A stretch of 64,000 bases of DNA from a virus (lineage: Duplodnaviria > Caudoviricetes): positions 1-64,000 of the IMG/VR virus record IMGVR_UViG_3300009185_000001; one strand, 5' to 3'. Below the pieces are notes generated by a model, which made no database searches, was not told where the DNA came from, and was given only the letters and a program-made list of their open reading frames with translations. Both the position numbers and the translations under genes were made by a program. Positions 9,219 to 16,516 of this stretch are shown piece after piece. Positions within the stretch are counted from its first letter, which is position 1. Every line of letters starts with the position of its first letter.

Positions 9219-9650
9219 ATGTGGCAGAATATTGTAGGAATTACAAAAAGCGCAACAGCCTTTTTACAAAATGGAGTTGCACCCCCAAATACACCAGAGT
9301 TTTTAAAAAAAACAATGGAAGATCAAAATCATTTTTCTTCCAAGAAGTTTTTTATAATTTTTACTTCTATTTTAATGTTAGCTATTCTTTATTACTCAAG
9401 TGTTTTTATTTTGAGCTTATTCAGTTCACCGGAGCATATAACAGCTTATGTAACAATTTTTTCCAAAACTATAGAAATATTTGCGATTATTATAGCTGCA
9501 TATCTTGGGGTCCAATGTGCAGTTGATTTAAAATATAATAGTTCATCCAATGCATCATCACAAGGATACACAGAAATAATAAAAAAAGATATTGTTTTAA
9601 CTAATAATGCAAAAGAAGATGATTATAATATTTCGGAGGTAGAAGTATGA
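9219..9650 (+). CDS. Putative holin (2 TM)
   Basis: Two TM segments, charged C-terminal tail, overlaps the endolysin start. Confidence 0.5.
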   Translation: MWQNIVGITKSATAFLQNGVAPPNTPEFLKKTMEDQNHFSSKKFFIIFTSILMLAILYYSSVFILSLFSSPEHITAYVTIFSKTIEIFAIIIAAYLGVQCAVDLKYNSSSNASSQGYTEIIKKDIVLTNNAKEDDYNISEVEV

Positions 9651-10258
9651 AACTTCCATCACCAAAAGCATTAGCATTAATATTAGAATATGAAGTAGGA
9701 GGAGGCAAATCTTACTATGAAAAATATTTATCCAAACCAACATGGCCCGGCGGGGCAAGTGGATTTACTTTAGGAATCGGTGTAGATTGTGCGTATTATT
9801 CTCCAACAGAACTTGAAAAGTTATTTTATTTTCTTCCAAAAGAACAATTAGAAATCGTCAAAGGTGCTTCTGGCAAAACAAGCCAAGCAGGAAAAGAATA
9901 TACAAAATTGCATAAAGATAGTGGAATAGTAATTTCATGGGACCAAGCACTTGAAATGTTTAATAACTTAACATGGACAAAATTTTCTAAACTCGCAGAA
10001 AAAGCATTTCCAGAATTGGATAAATTGTGTGATGATGCCTACGGAGCAATCGTTTCTTTGGTGTTTAATAGAGGTTCTTCAATGTCTGGAGATAGTCGTT
10101 TAGAAATGCGTAATATAAGAGCCTTGGTTCCTAAAAGAGATTATAAGGGCATTGCCAAGGAATTGCGTAAAATGAAGCGTATATGGCAAGGTAAGGGCTT
10201 GGATGGACTATTATCAAGAAGAGAAGCAGAAGCTAAATTAGTAGAAACTTGTGTATGA
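9647..10258 (+). CDS. Endolysin, pesticin-like/lysozyme-fold muramidase
   Basis: LILEYEVGG, WPGGASGFTLGIG, A.VSLVFNRG and GL..RRE.EA.L motifs. Confidence 0.8.
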   Translation: MKLPSPKALALILEYEVGGGKSYYEKYLSKPTWPGGASGFTLGIGVDCAYYSPTELEKLFYFLPKEQLEIVKGASGKTSQAGKEYTKLHKDSGIVISWDQALEMFNNLTWTKFSKLAEKAFPELDKLCDDAYGAIVSLVFNRGSSMSGDSRLEMRNIRALVPKRDYKGIAKELRKMKRIWQGKGLDGLLSRREAEAKLVETCV

Positions 10259-10506
10259 GCCTATCAAATATATATCTAAATCAAGTAAAACATAATCCGG
10301 TAAATATGTTTAGCAGTTCTTTTGGAGGAATGCCAACTATTGAGAAAGATCCGACTATTCTTGGATTGGAACAACAGCTATTTGACAAATTTCAGGAGAT
10401 AAATCCTCCCGAAGAGATTAAATCTCCTATTAACATAAAGCCAAACACCGTGGAAGATGCTATCAGAGAATTATTAGAATTACAAAAAAATAATTCTTTC
10501 CAGTAA
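10255..10506 (+). CDS. Hypothetical protein
   Basis: ATGA overlap with the endolysin stop (start moved to 10255). Confidence 0.6.
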   Translation: MSLSNIYLNQVKHNPVNMFSSSFGGMPTIEKDPTILGLEQQLFDKFQEINPPEEIKSPINIKPNTVEDAIRELLELQKNNSFQ

Positions 10507-10539
10507 TGCTTATAAAAAAGGATAAATATATGCAAGCAT

Positions 10540-10962
10540 ATGTCAGAGATAGATCCACCCACAGGAGAAACAGAGCCAAAAAGCATTGTCGATAAGTTAG
10601 TAGTATTTGAATTGACTCATCGTGCCTTTTTGAATGTTATTTTCAAACCATTATTGACCGTTATGGTTTTTCTTGCTATGGGCTATTATACTATGTGGTT
10701 ATCAACAAATTATGTAAAAGCAGATAAATTTACTGCATATGTTGAAAAACAAATTCAATCTGACAAAGTACAAGACGAAATTTTAAAAACTAGATTTGAA
10801 ATTACACAAACAAAATTAGAAACAATTATAAATCAACAAACTGCATATACAGAGCAGTTAAAAGCATATAATCAAGTCTTATCTAATTTTCAAAAACAAG
10901 TGGACTCTATTGATAGTAGACTTGTGTATTTGGAAAGAAGAAACTATTCTAAATCACCATAA
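10540..10962 (+). CDS. Membrane-anchored coiled-coil protein
   Basis: One TM then heptad repeats; GATAAATA at 10521-10528. Confidence 0.65.
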   Translation: MSEIDPPTGETEPKSIVDKLVVFELTHRAFLNVIFKPLLTVMVFLAMGYYTMWLSTNYVKADKFTAYVEKQIQSDKVQDEILKTRFEITQTKLETIINQQTAYTEQLKAYNQVLSNFQKQVDSIDSRLVYLERRNYSKSP

Positions 10963-10976
10963 TAGAATAATATTTC

Positions 10977-11147
10977 ATGAAAACTTTAAGCTATAGACAA
11001 GGAGTTGTAAATACAAATTTACACCCTACTCTACTAAATGGTCAAATCGTTTATATATTAGAAGATAATCAAGATTTTTATAAAGTCAAAGTTTGTAACA
11101 ATTCAAGGGTTGAGATTATAGAAAAAAAATATATTTTAATAAATTGA
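10977..11147 (+). CDS. Small hypothetical protein (56 aa, not in the ORF track)
   Basis: Open frame MKTLSYRQG...KKYILIN filling the gap. Confidence 0.45.
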   Translation: MKTLSYRQGVVNTNLHPTLLNGQIVYILEDNQDFYKVKVCNNSRVEIIEKKYILIN

Positions 11148-11172
11148 CTTTATTGTTTAGAGGTGATAAGTT
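11144..11172 (+). promoter_or_regulatory. Sigma70-type promoter for the tRNA cluster
   Basis: TTGACT-N17-TAAGTT 8 nt before tRNA-Thr. Confidence 0.5.
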
Positions 11173-11180
11173 TTAATAAC

Positions 11181-11255
11181 GCCTGTGTAGCTCAGTGGTA
11201 GAGCAACGGTTTTGTAAACCGTCTGTCATCGGTTCAAATCCGATCTCAGGCTCCA
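11181..11255 (+). tRNA. trnT: tRNA-Thr(UGU)
   Basis: Cloverleaf; anticodon stem ACGGT/ACCGT, loop TT-TGT-AA; TTCAAAT T-loop; encoded CCA. Confidence 0.95.
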
Positions 11256-11258
11256 TAT

Positions 11259-11331
11259 GCGGTTGAAGAGAAACAGCAGACTCGTCTCCCTTTCACGGAG
11301 AAGACAGCGGGGGCAGCACCCGTCAACCGTA
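11259..11331 (+). tRNA. trnE: tRNA-Glu(UUC), non-canonical
   Basis: Acceptor GCGGTTG/CAACCGT; anticodon stem TCTCC/GGAGA with TTC; T-loop GGCAGCA; A at position 8; no encoded CCA. Confidence 0.8.
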
Positions 11332-11413
11332 CCTTACCTCTATTAGAAAATTTTCATTAAAAATGTATACAGTTTATGATAAGTTGTTAATAGCTTTGAT
11401 GCTAAAAATAATT

Positions 11414-11500
11414 GGATGATTAATTTAACTGGCGTTAAACCTAGTCTTGAAAACTAGCGGTGCTGAAAGGCATGGGGATCGATACCTCAGTCATCCGCCA
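11414..11500 (+). tRNA. trnS: tRNA-Ser(UGA), likely 8/4 fold
   Basis: Anticodon stem CTAGT/ACTAG with TGA; long variable arm; G73; encoded CCA. Confidence 0.9.
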
Positions 11501-11509
11501 TTTTTTTTG

Positions 11510-11537
11510 TTGACATTTTCAGAAAAAAAACTATAAT
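11510..11537 (+). promoter_or_regulatory. Sigma70-type early promoter
   Basis: TTGACA-N16-TATAAT upstream of the RNA ligase. Confidence 0.75.
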
Positions 11538-11544
11538 ACTGATT

Positions 11545-12558
11545 ATGAAATTAGCATCAGTAGAAATCCTAAAAAACGTTCGTGAGCATCCTAATGCTGA
11601 TTCCTTAGAACTTTGTGAAGTTCTTGGATGGCAAACGGTAGTAAAAAAAGGAATCCATAAAGAAGGAGATATGGTTGTATTCATTACGATTGATACAATC
11701 GTTCCTCGATGTCAATGGTCAGAATTTCTAGTAGATTCTAAAAATCCAGACAAACCAATTAGGCTTAAAAATATAAAACTTCGTGGAGAATATAGTTCAG
11801 GATTGGTTATACCTCTCAGTGAATTTCCTGATCAATTTACAGAAACTACTGTTATTGGTGAGGATTTAACTACTTTGCTTGGTATTCAAAAGTATGTGAA
11901 GGAAATCCCTGCAAATCTTTCCGGAGAAACATTGGGAGATTTTCCAACAAGTATTATCTCTAAAACAGATGAAGACAATGGGCTGAATGATCCAAATTTA
12001 GTTGAAAAGGTTCTCAATCACGATTCTCATATCACAGTAACAAGCAAACTCGATGGAAGTTCTATAACTCTAATTGTTGAAGATGGTGTACTTACACAAG
12101 TTTGTACAAGGAATCTTTCCAAGAAAGAGACCGAAAATAATACATTCTGGAAAGCCGCAAAAAAACTTACCATTCCAGAAAATTGGACAGGAACAATTCA
12201 GGGTGAACTTTGTGGAAATGGAATCCAACGAAATCAGCTTAAATTGGAAGATGTTAAGATCTTTGTATTTCAAATCAGTGAAAACAAAAAATACATGACC
12301 TACGAAGAGATGAAAGATTTTTGCGAAAATTCTTTACATTGTGATATCGTTCCACTAGTATGTAAATTAGGTTTAGAAGAACAAATAAAACTTTGGGTAA
12401 ATCCATTGCAAAAACTTCAAGAACTTGCAGACAAACAAAAATATCCAAGTGGTTTAGACGGAGAAGGAATCGTAGTAAGACCATCATCTTATCCAAAAAG
12501 TTATTCATCTCGTCGCCCACTTGGATTTAAACTCATCAACCGAAACTATAAAGACTAA
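11545..12558 (+). CDS. RNA ligase, DRB0094/Rnl2-like family
   Basis: N-terminal H.NAD.LE...V.GW..VV domain; KLDGSS (motif I), EGIV (IV), FKLIN (V). Confidence 0.85.
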   Translation: MKLASVEILKNVREHPNADSLELCEVLGWQTVVKKGIHKEGDMVVFITIDTIVPRCQWSEFLVDSKNPDKPIRLKNIKLRGEYSSGLVIPLSEFPDQFTETTVIGEDLTTLLGIQKYVKEIPANLSGETLGDFPTSIISKTDEDNGLNDPNLVEKVLNHDSHITVTSKLDGSSITLIVEDGVLTQVCTRNLSKKETENNTFWKAAKKLTIPENWTGTIQGELCGNGIQRNQLKLEDVKIFVFQISENKKYMTYEEMKDFCENSLHCDIVPLVCKLGLEEQIKLWVNPLQKLQELADKQKYPSGLDGEGIVVRPSSYPKSYSSRRPLGFKLINRNYKD

Positions 12559-12559
12559 T

Positions 12560-12739
12560 ATGTATAAACTAGAAAGAAAAGAAAATGCAGGAAATTGGTA
12601 TCAAGTTATGTTGTCTCCTTTTAAAACAAGGGAAGATATTATAGAATATCATGCAAAATATAGCAAATATTACCCGCATACCAATACTTCATACCGAGTT
12701 ACAAATCTTGAAACCGGAGGAATGAAAGTAATTCGATGA
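12560..12739 (+). CDS. Hypothetical protein
   Basis: ATG 1 nt after the ligase stop. Confidence 0.6.
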   Translation: MYKLERKENAGNWYQVMLSPFKTREDIIEYHAKYSKYYPHTNTSYRVTNLETGGMKVIR

Positions 12740-12930
12740 AAGATACATATAAAGAAGCAGCAGAAGTAGGAGAGATTAAAGATCAAGTATCAATTATGCA
12801 AGATGATATATTGGATATATACACAAAAAATCCAAAAGAATGTAAAAACCTTCTCGTTGAGCTTTCAAAAATTAACAAAGAATTGGATGAACTGGATGCA
12901 GAATATGATATTCTTATAAAGCAATTGTGA
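12736..12930 (+). CDS. Hypothetical coiled-coil protein
   Basis: ATGA overlap. Confidence 0.6.
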   Translation: MKDTYKEAAEVGEIKDQVSIMQDDILDIYTKNPKECKNLLVELSKINKELDELDAEYDILIKQL

Positions 12931-12967
12931 TTGCTTTATAGTATTTTTAATGTTAAGTCTTAAAAAA

Positions 12968-13825
12968 TTAAGCAGTTAGCGTTCTACAATAAGAGGTATA
13001 ATCAACCCAACCGAAGGAATCATATCTTTTAAATCCATCTATGTTGATGTATGCACTATATCCATCGTCTACATTTATAAATGTACCATATGAAACAAAA
13101 ACCGGAGTTCTATTGCTATTGCCAAAATAAAAGCTATAAGCATTTGGAAGTATTACTTCGGTGATCGCAGAAGCAGCATTTAAAATACTTTTTGTAGCAA
13201 CTATCATTTTTGCACTTAGAGGAACATTTACAGGAGTTATATATTGTCTAGAATTCCAAACAATATCAGTAAGAACCCATTGCTGAAAATCTTCAACGAA
13301 ATTTGAACTTACAGGTGCTGTGTTATTATTTAAAACCCAATTAACAGCAAGTCCAACTGCTCCGCAAGTTGTTGAAAGACTTCCTCCTTGACCTCTTCTT
13401 TTTACATATCCAACATCCCCATCGATAGTGATTCCGAGATGCGGCATTACATTAAGATATAATGCACCAGATACTGCTGGAATATGACTAGCCCATGCAA
13501 TTAAACCAACAGTTCCTGCAAATGGATAGCCACCAATTCCACCTTCCATAAACGGTCCTAGAAATGGTTGTAAGGAAACTGGTTGCTGTCCTATATTATT
13601 ATTTCCGTATATAGGAGCATCTATATCATCTGCACAAATTGACTGAGCCATTAAAACGGTATTTGTATTAAAACCAGAAACATTTTTAATAAGTGTTGCT
13701 GCAATACTGCCAAAGCTTTGTGCTGTAATTGCACTTGATAATTTAAAAGAATTTGTGGAACTATTATCTCCCCAACTGTAATTAACAGAAGTAACCTTTT
13801 GGGTATATGTTGTTGGATTTGCCAT
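12968..13825 (-). CDS. LCIB/LCIC-family beta-carbonic anhydrase, copy 2
   Basis: ICADD (C64, D66), F..GG.GG.P..G..G..A..SH, PH.GI..DG.VG...R.G (H129), TCGA (C154). Confidence 0.85.
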   Translation of the reverse strand: MANPTTYTQKVTSVNYSWGDNSSTNSFKLSSAITAQSFGSIAATLIKNVSGFNTNTVLMAQSICADDIDAPIYGNNNIGQQPVSLQPFLGPFMEGGIGGYPFAGTVGLIAWASHIPAVSGALYLNVMPHLGITIDGDVGYVKRRGQGGSLSTTCGAVGLAVNWVLNNNTAPVSSNFVEDFQQWVLTDIVWNSRQYITPVNVPLSAKMIVATKSILNAASAITEVILPNAYSFYFGNSNRTPVFVSYGTFINVDDGYSAYINIDGFKRYDSFGWVDYTSYCRTLTA

Positions 13826-13828
13826 AAT

Positions 13829-15034
13829 TTATAGTAAAGTGTTTTTAAATGCTGTTGTATAGTCTACCCATCCCGAAGAATTGTATTTAGCAAAGCTGCT
13901 TACATCTACATACGCATCATATCCATCATCAGTATTTATGAATGTTCCAGAGCAGAAATATACATCTGGAGCAAATCCTACACTAGCAGCAATAGCATAT
14001 GCAGCTGGAAGATTTGTTTCTACCCAAGATTGTATAGCACTTCTTATTATTTCCGTAGCAACTCTCATTCTATCGGCGGGAGCAGTAGCTAAAAGCGTAC
14101 TTCTATTATTCCATAGAATATTTGTTAATGTAAATTGTTGATAATCATCTTTAACAGAAAATGCAAATGATGTGTTAGGATCTACTGCATTTGAAGCCAC
14201 AACGGTTGAAATTGCTAAGTCAACGGCTCCACAAGTGGAAGATAATATTCCTCCCTGTCCTCTTCTTTTCATAAATCCAACGTCTCCGTCAAATGTGATT
14301 CCAATATGAGGAGCAGCATATAAGAAAAGTGCTCCACTCAAAGCGGTTGTTGTATGTGTTAACCATGCAACCAATCCAGTAATTCCAGTGTGAGGATAGC
14401 CTGCTAATCCACCAGCCATAAATGCTCCGAGATATGAAGACATTGAAACCGGAAATTGTCCTATGTTTCCAATAAACTTAGGAGCATCCACATCGTCAGA
14501 ACATATAGATTCTGCTACAACAATGTTATCGGGAGTATATCCAAATTCTGATTGTATAAAGTTTATTGTTTTAGAACCAAATGTTTCTGATAATAATGCA
14601 TTTGGATATATTTGCTGTATTGTGGATGAATAAGAATCGGCGGAATTATATGCCATTACTGCTCCGTATGCTAATGTAATATTACGAATTTCTGTTTTAA
14701 ATTCAAATCCAACGGGCAATTCATAAACTGGTAATCTTCCGGTGGTTGTATTAATTGCTGTCAATCCAGAAATTTTACATGCGGACAAAACCTTTATACT
14801 TTGAAAGTTTCCATCATGCTGTAATTTATCATCAATAACAACAAATCCATTGCTATTGGGTTCATTTACAATTAAAGAATTTAATGCTTTATTAGTTTCT
14901 TGTAAGTTAACTATATAACCAGTCTGTGCGAACAATGCTCGATTTTGATCATTGTTTACTTTTATCCAAGAATTATTCCAACCAACATTTGGATTTATTG
15001 GATTACTAGCAATTACTGGTGTTAAAGATGCCAT
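13829..15034 (-). CDS. LCIB/LCIC-family beta-carbonic anhydrase, copy 1, with about 130-aa N-terminal extension
   Basis: YPNAL...F, GYTPDN, ICSDD (C178, D180), PHIGI (H243), TCGAV (C268). Confidence 0.88.
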   Translation of the reverse strand: MASLTPVIASNPINPNVGWNNSWIKVNNDQNRALFAQTGYIVNLQETNKALNSLIVNEPNSNGFVVIDDKLQHDGNFQSIKVLSACKISGLTAINTTTGRLPVYELPVGFEFKTEIRNITLAYGAVMAYNSADSYSSTIQQIYPNALLSETFGSKTINFIQSEFGYTPDNIVVAESICSDDVDAPKFIGNIGQFPVSMSSYLGAFMAGGLAGYPHTGITGLVAWLTHTTTALSGALFLYAAPHIGITFDGDVGFMKRRGQGGILSSTCGAVDLAISTVVASNAVDPNTSFAFSVKDDYQQFTLTNILWNNRSTLLATAPADRMRVATEIIRSAIQSWVETNLPAAYAIAASVGFAPDVYFCSGTFINTDDGYDAYVDVSSFAKYNSSGWVDYTTAFKNTLL

Positions 15035-15043
15035 GTTATATCA

Positions 15044-15051
15044 TACTTATC
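15044..15051 (-). promoter_or_regulatory. Late promoter motif
   Basis: GATAAGTA 9 nt upstream of the 15034 ATG. Confidence 0.6.
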
Positions 15052-15101
15052 CTTTATAATGTTTTTTATTAATATTATTTTAAAATATACTAAGTAGTTT
15101 T

Positions 15102-15383
15102 ATGAATAAAAAAGATTTATTACTTTTAGCCGAAGCATATGATGATGTTGTTGAAAATGAAATTCCATATGAAATTTCTCCGGAACAAGCACTTGAAAAT
15201 GAAAAGGAAGAAGTTGGTATGCTAAAAACTAGCTTGGAGAATACTCATAGAAAAATCGAAATGCTATTGAAGCTAATTGAAGATGGGCATGAAATTGAAC
15301 CTTGGATGATGCAAAAACTTCCAACTGCATTAAAAGCTATTTCTGAAGTTGCCGATGTTGTTCAAACCAAACACGGCTATTGA
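15102..15383 (+). CDS. Hypothetical protein with shared leader
   Basis: MNKKDLLLLAEAYDDVVENE; CTAAGTA at 15090-15096. Confidence 0.7.
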   Translation: MNKKDLLLLAEAYDDVVENEIPYEISPEQALENEKEEVGMLKTSLENTHRKIEMLLKLIEDGHEIEPWMMQKLPTALKAISEVADVVQTKHGY

Positions 15384-15395
15384 TAAATTTTTTTG

Positions 15396-15424
15396 TTGCA
15401 TTTTTAATTATATTTTATTATAAT
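15396..15424 (+). promoter_or_regulatory. Sigma70-type promoter
   Basis: TTGCAT-N17-TATAAT before tRNA-Val. Confidence 0.65.
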
Positions 15425-15432
15425 TTGAAAAC

Positions 15433-15507
15433 GGAAGATTAGCTCAGTGGTAGAGCGGTAGTTTTACACACTATTGGTCAGGAGTTCGAATCTCTTATCT
15501 TCCACCA
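15433..15507 (+). tRNA. trnV: tRNA-Val(UAC)
   Basis: Canonical cloverleaf; anticodon TAC; TTCGAAT T-loop; CCA end. Confidence 0.95.
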
Positions 15508-15519
15508 TTTTTAAAATGT

Positions 15520-16107
15520 ATGAATACGATTAGACAAGAAACTGTTTTAGTTTTAAATAGATGTTGGCAAGCAATTAACATTAAAAGTCCAGCAGAAGCC
15601 ATCTCAATGATGTATGATGATTCTGCAACTGGTTTGGATGTAAGAGGAGAGGATAATATGGTCCCATTAAAGTGGGAAGATTGGATTTCTATGCCTTATG
15701 ATGAAAATTCTTCATATATAAAAACAGTAAGTTTACAAATCAAAATCCCAAAAATTATCGTACTTTCTAATTTCGATAGAGTTCCTTTCAAGCGTCCGAA
15801 GTTTACAACCAAAAATCTTTGGATCAGAGATGGTGGAATTTGCCAATATACCGGAAAAAAACTAACCCCCAACAATGGAAACATAGATCATATAATTCCT
15901 AAAAGTAAGGGCGGTAAAAGTATTTGGACTAATTGCGTATTGGCTCATAAAGAAGTAAATGCAAAGAAAGCAGATAGAACTCCGGAAGAGTCTGGCTTGA
16001 CATTAATTAGAAAACCATTAGCACCTAGAGATCTTCCAGTAAGTCTTTATATTAAAAATAAACACAATATAAAAGAATGGGATATTTTTTTAAAGGATTT
16101 AAATTGA
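15520..16107 (+). CDS. HNH endonuclease
   Basis: VLVLN, RD...CQY, IDH.IP.SKGG...W.N.V.AH..VN..K motifs. Confidence 0.85.
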   Translation: MNTIRQETVLVLNRCWQAINIKSPAEAISMMYDDSATGLDVRGEDNMVPLKWEDWISMPYDENSSYIKTVSLQIKIPKIIVLSNFDRVPFKRPKFTTKNLWIRDGGICQYTGKKLTPNNGNIDHIIPKSKGGKSIWTNCVLAHKEVNAKKADRTPEESGLTLIRKPLAPRDLPVSLYIKNKHNIKEWDIFLKDLN

Positions 16108-16108
16108 T

Positions 16109-16516
16109 ATGAGAATTTCTTGGAAAGATTATGCTCTAAAAATGGCAGAAGTCACCACTCTTCGTTCCGAAGATCCTTTTATGAAGGTTGGTGCTGTTGT
16201 TTTAAATAAAGAAAATAGAGTTGTTGGTGTGGGATATAACGGACTTGCTTCTGGAAAAAATGTTACAGAAGAGTTTTGGAAAGATAGAGACGAACGCAGA
16301 AAATACATGATACATGCAGAAGCAAATGCTCTTCTTAATGTTAAAAGAGGAGAAGGTGATTTACTTGCGTGTACATTACTTCCTTGCGGTTCCTGTGCAA
16401 CATTGATAGCTGCACACGGAATCAAACATGTAATATATAATGAAGTTTACAAGAGAGACACATCTTCCTTAGAGATTTTTAAATTCTATGGAATAGAATG
16501 TGAACAATTAGTCTGA
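16109..16516 (+). CDS. dCMP deaminase
   Basis: HAEANAL and PCGSC Zn-binding motifs. Confidence 0.9.
   Translation: MRISWKDYALKMAEVTTLRSEDPFMKVGAVVLNKENRVVGVGYNGLASGKNVTEEFWKDRDERRKYMIHAEANALLNVKRGEGDLLACTLLPCGSCATLIAAHGIKHVIYNEVYKRDTSSLEIFKFYGIECEQLV

Noticed and set aside
11414-11500. tRNA-Sec or opal suppressor (long D-stem, long variable arm)
   Set aside because: The anticodon is UGA (reads UCA, Ser), not UCA; no sel genes are seen
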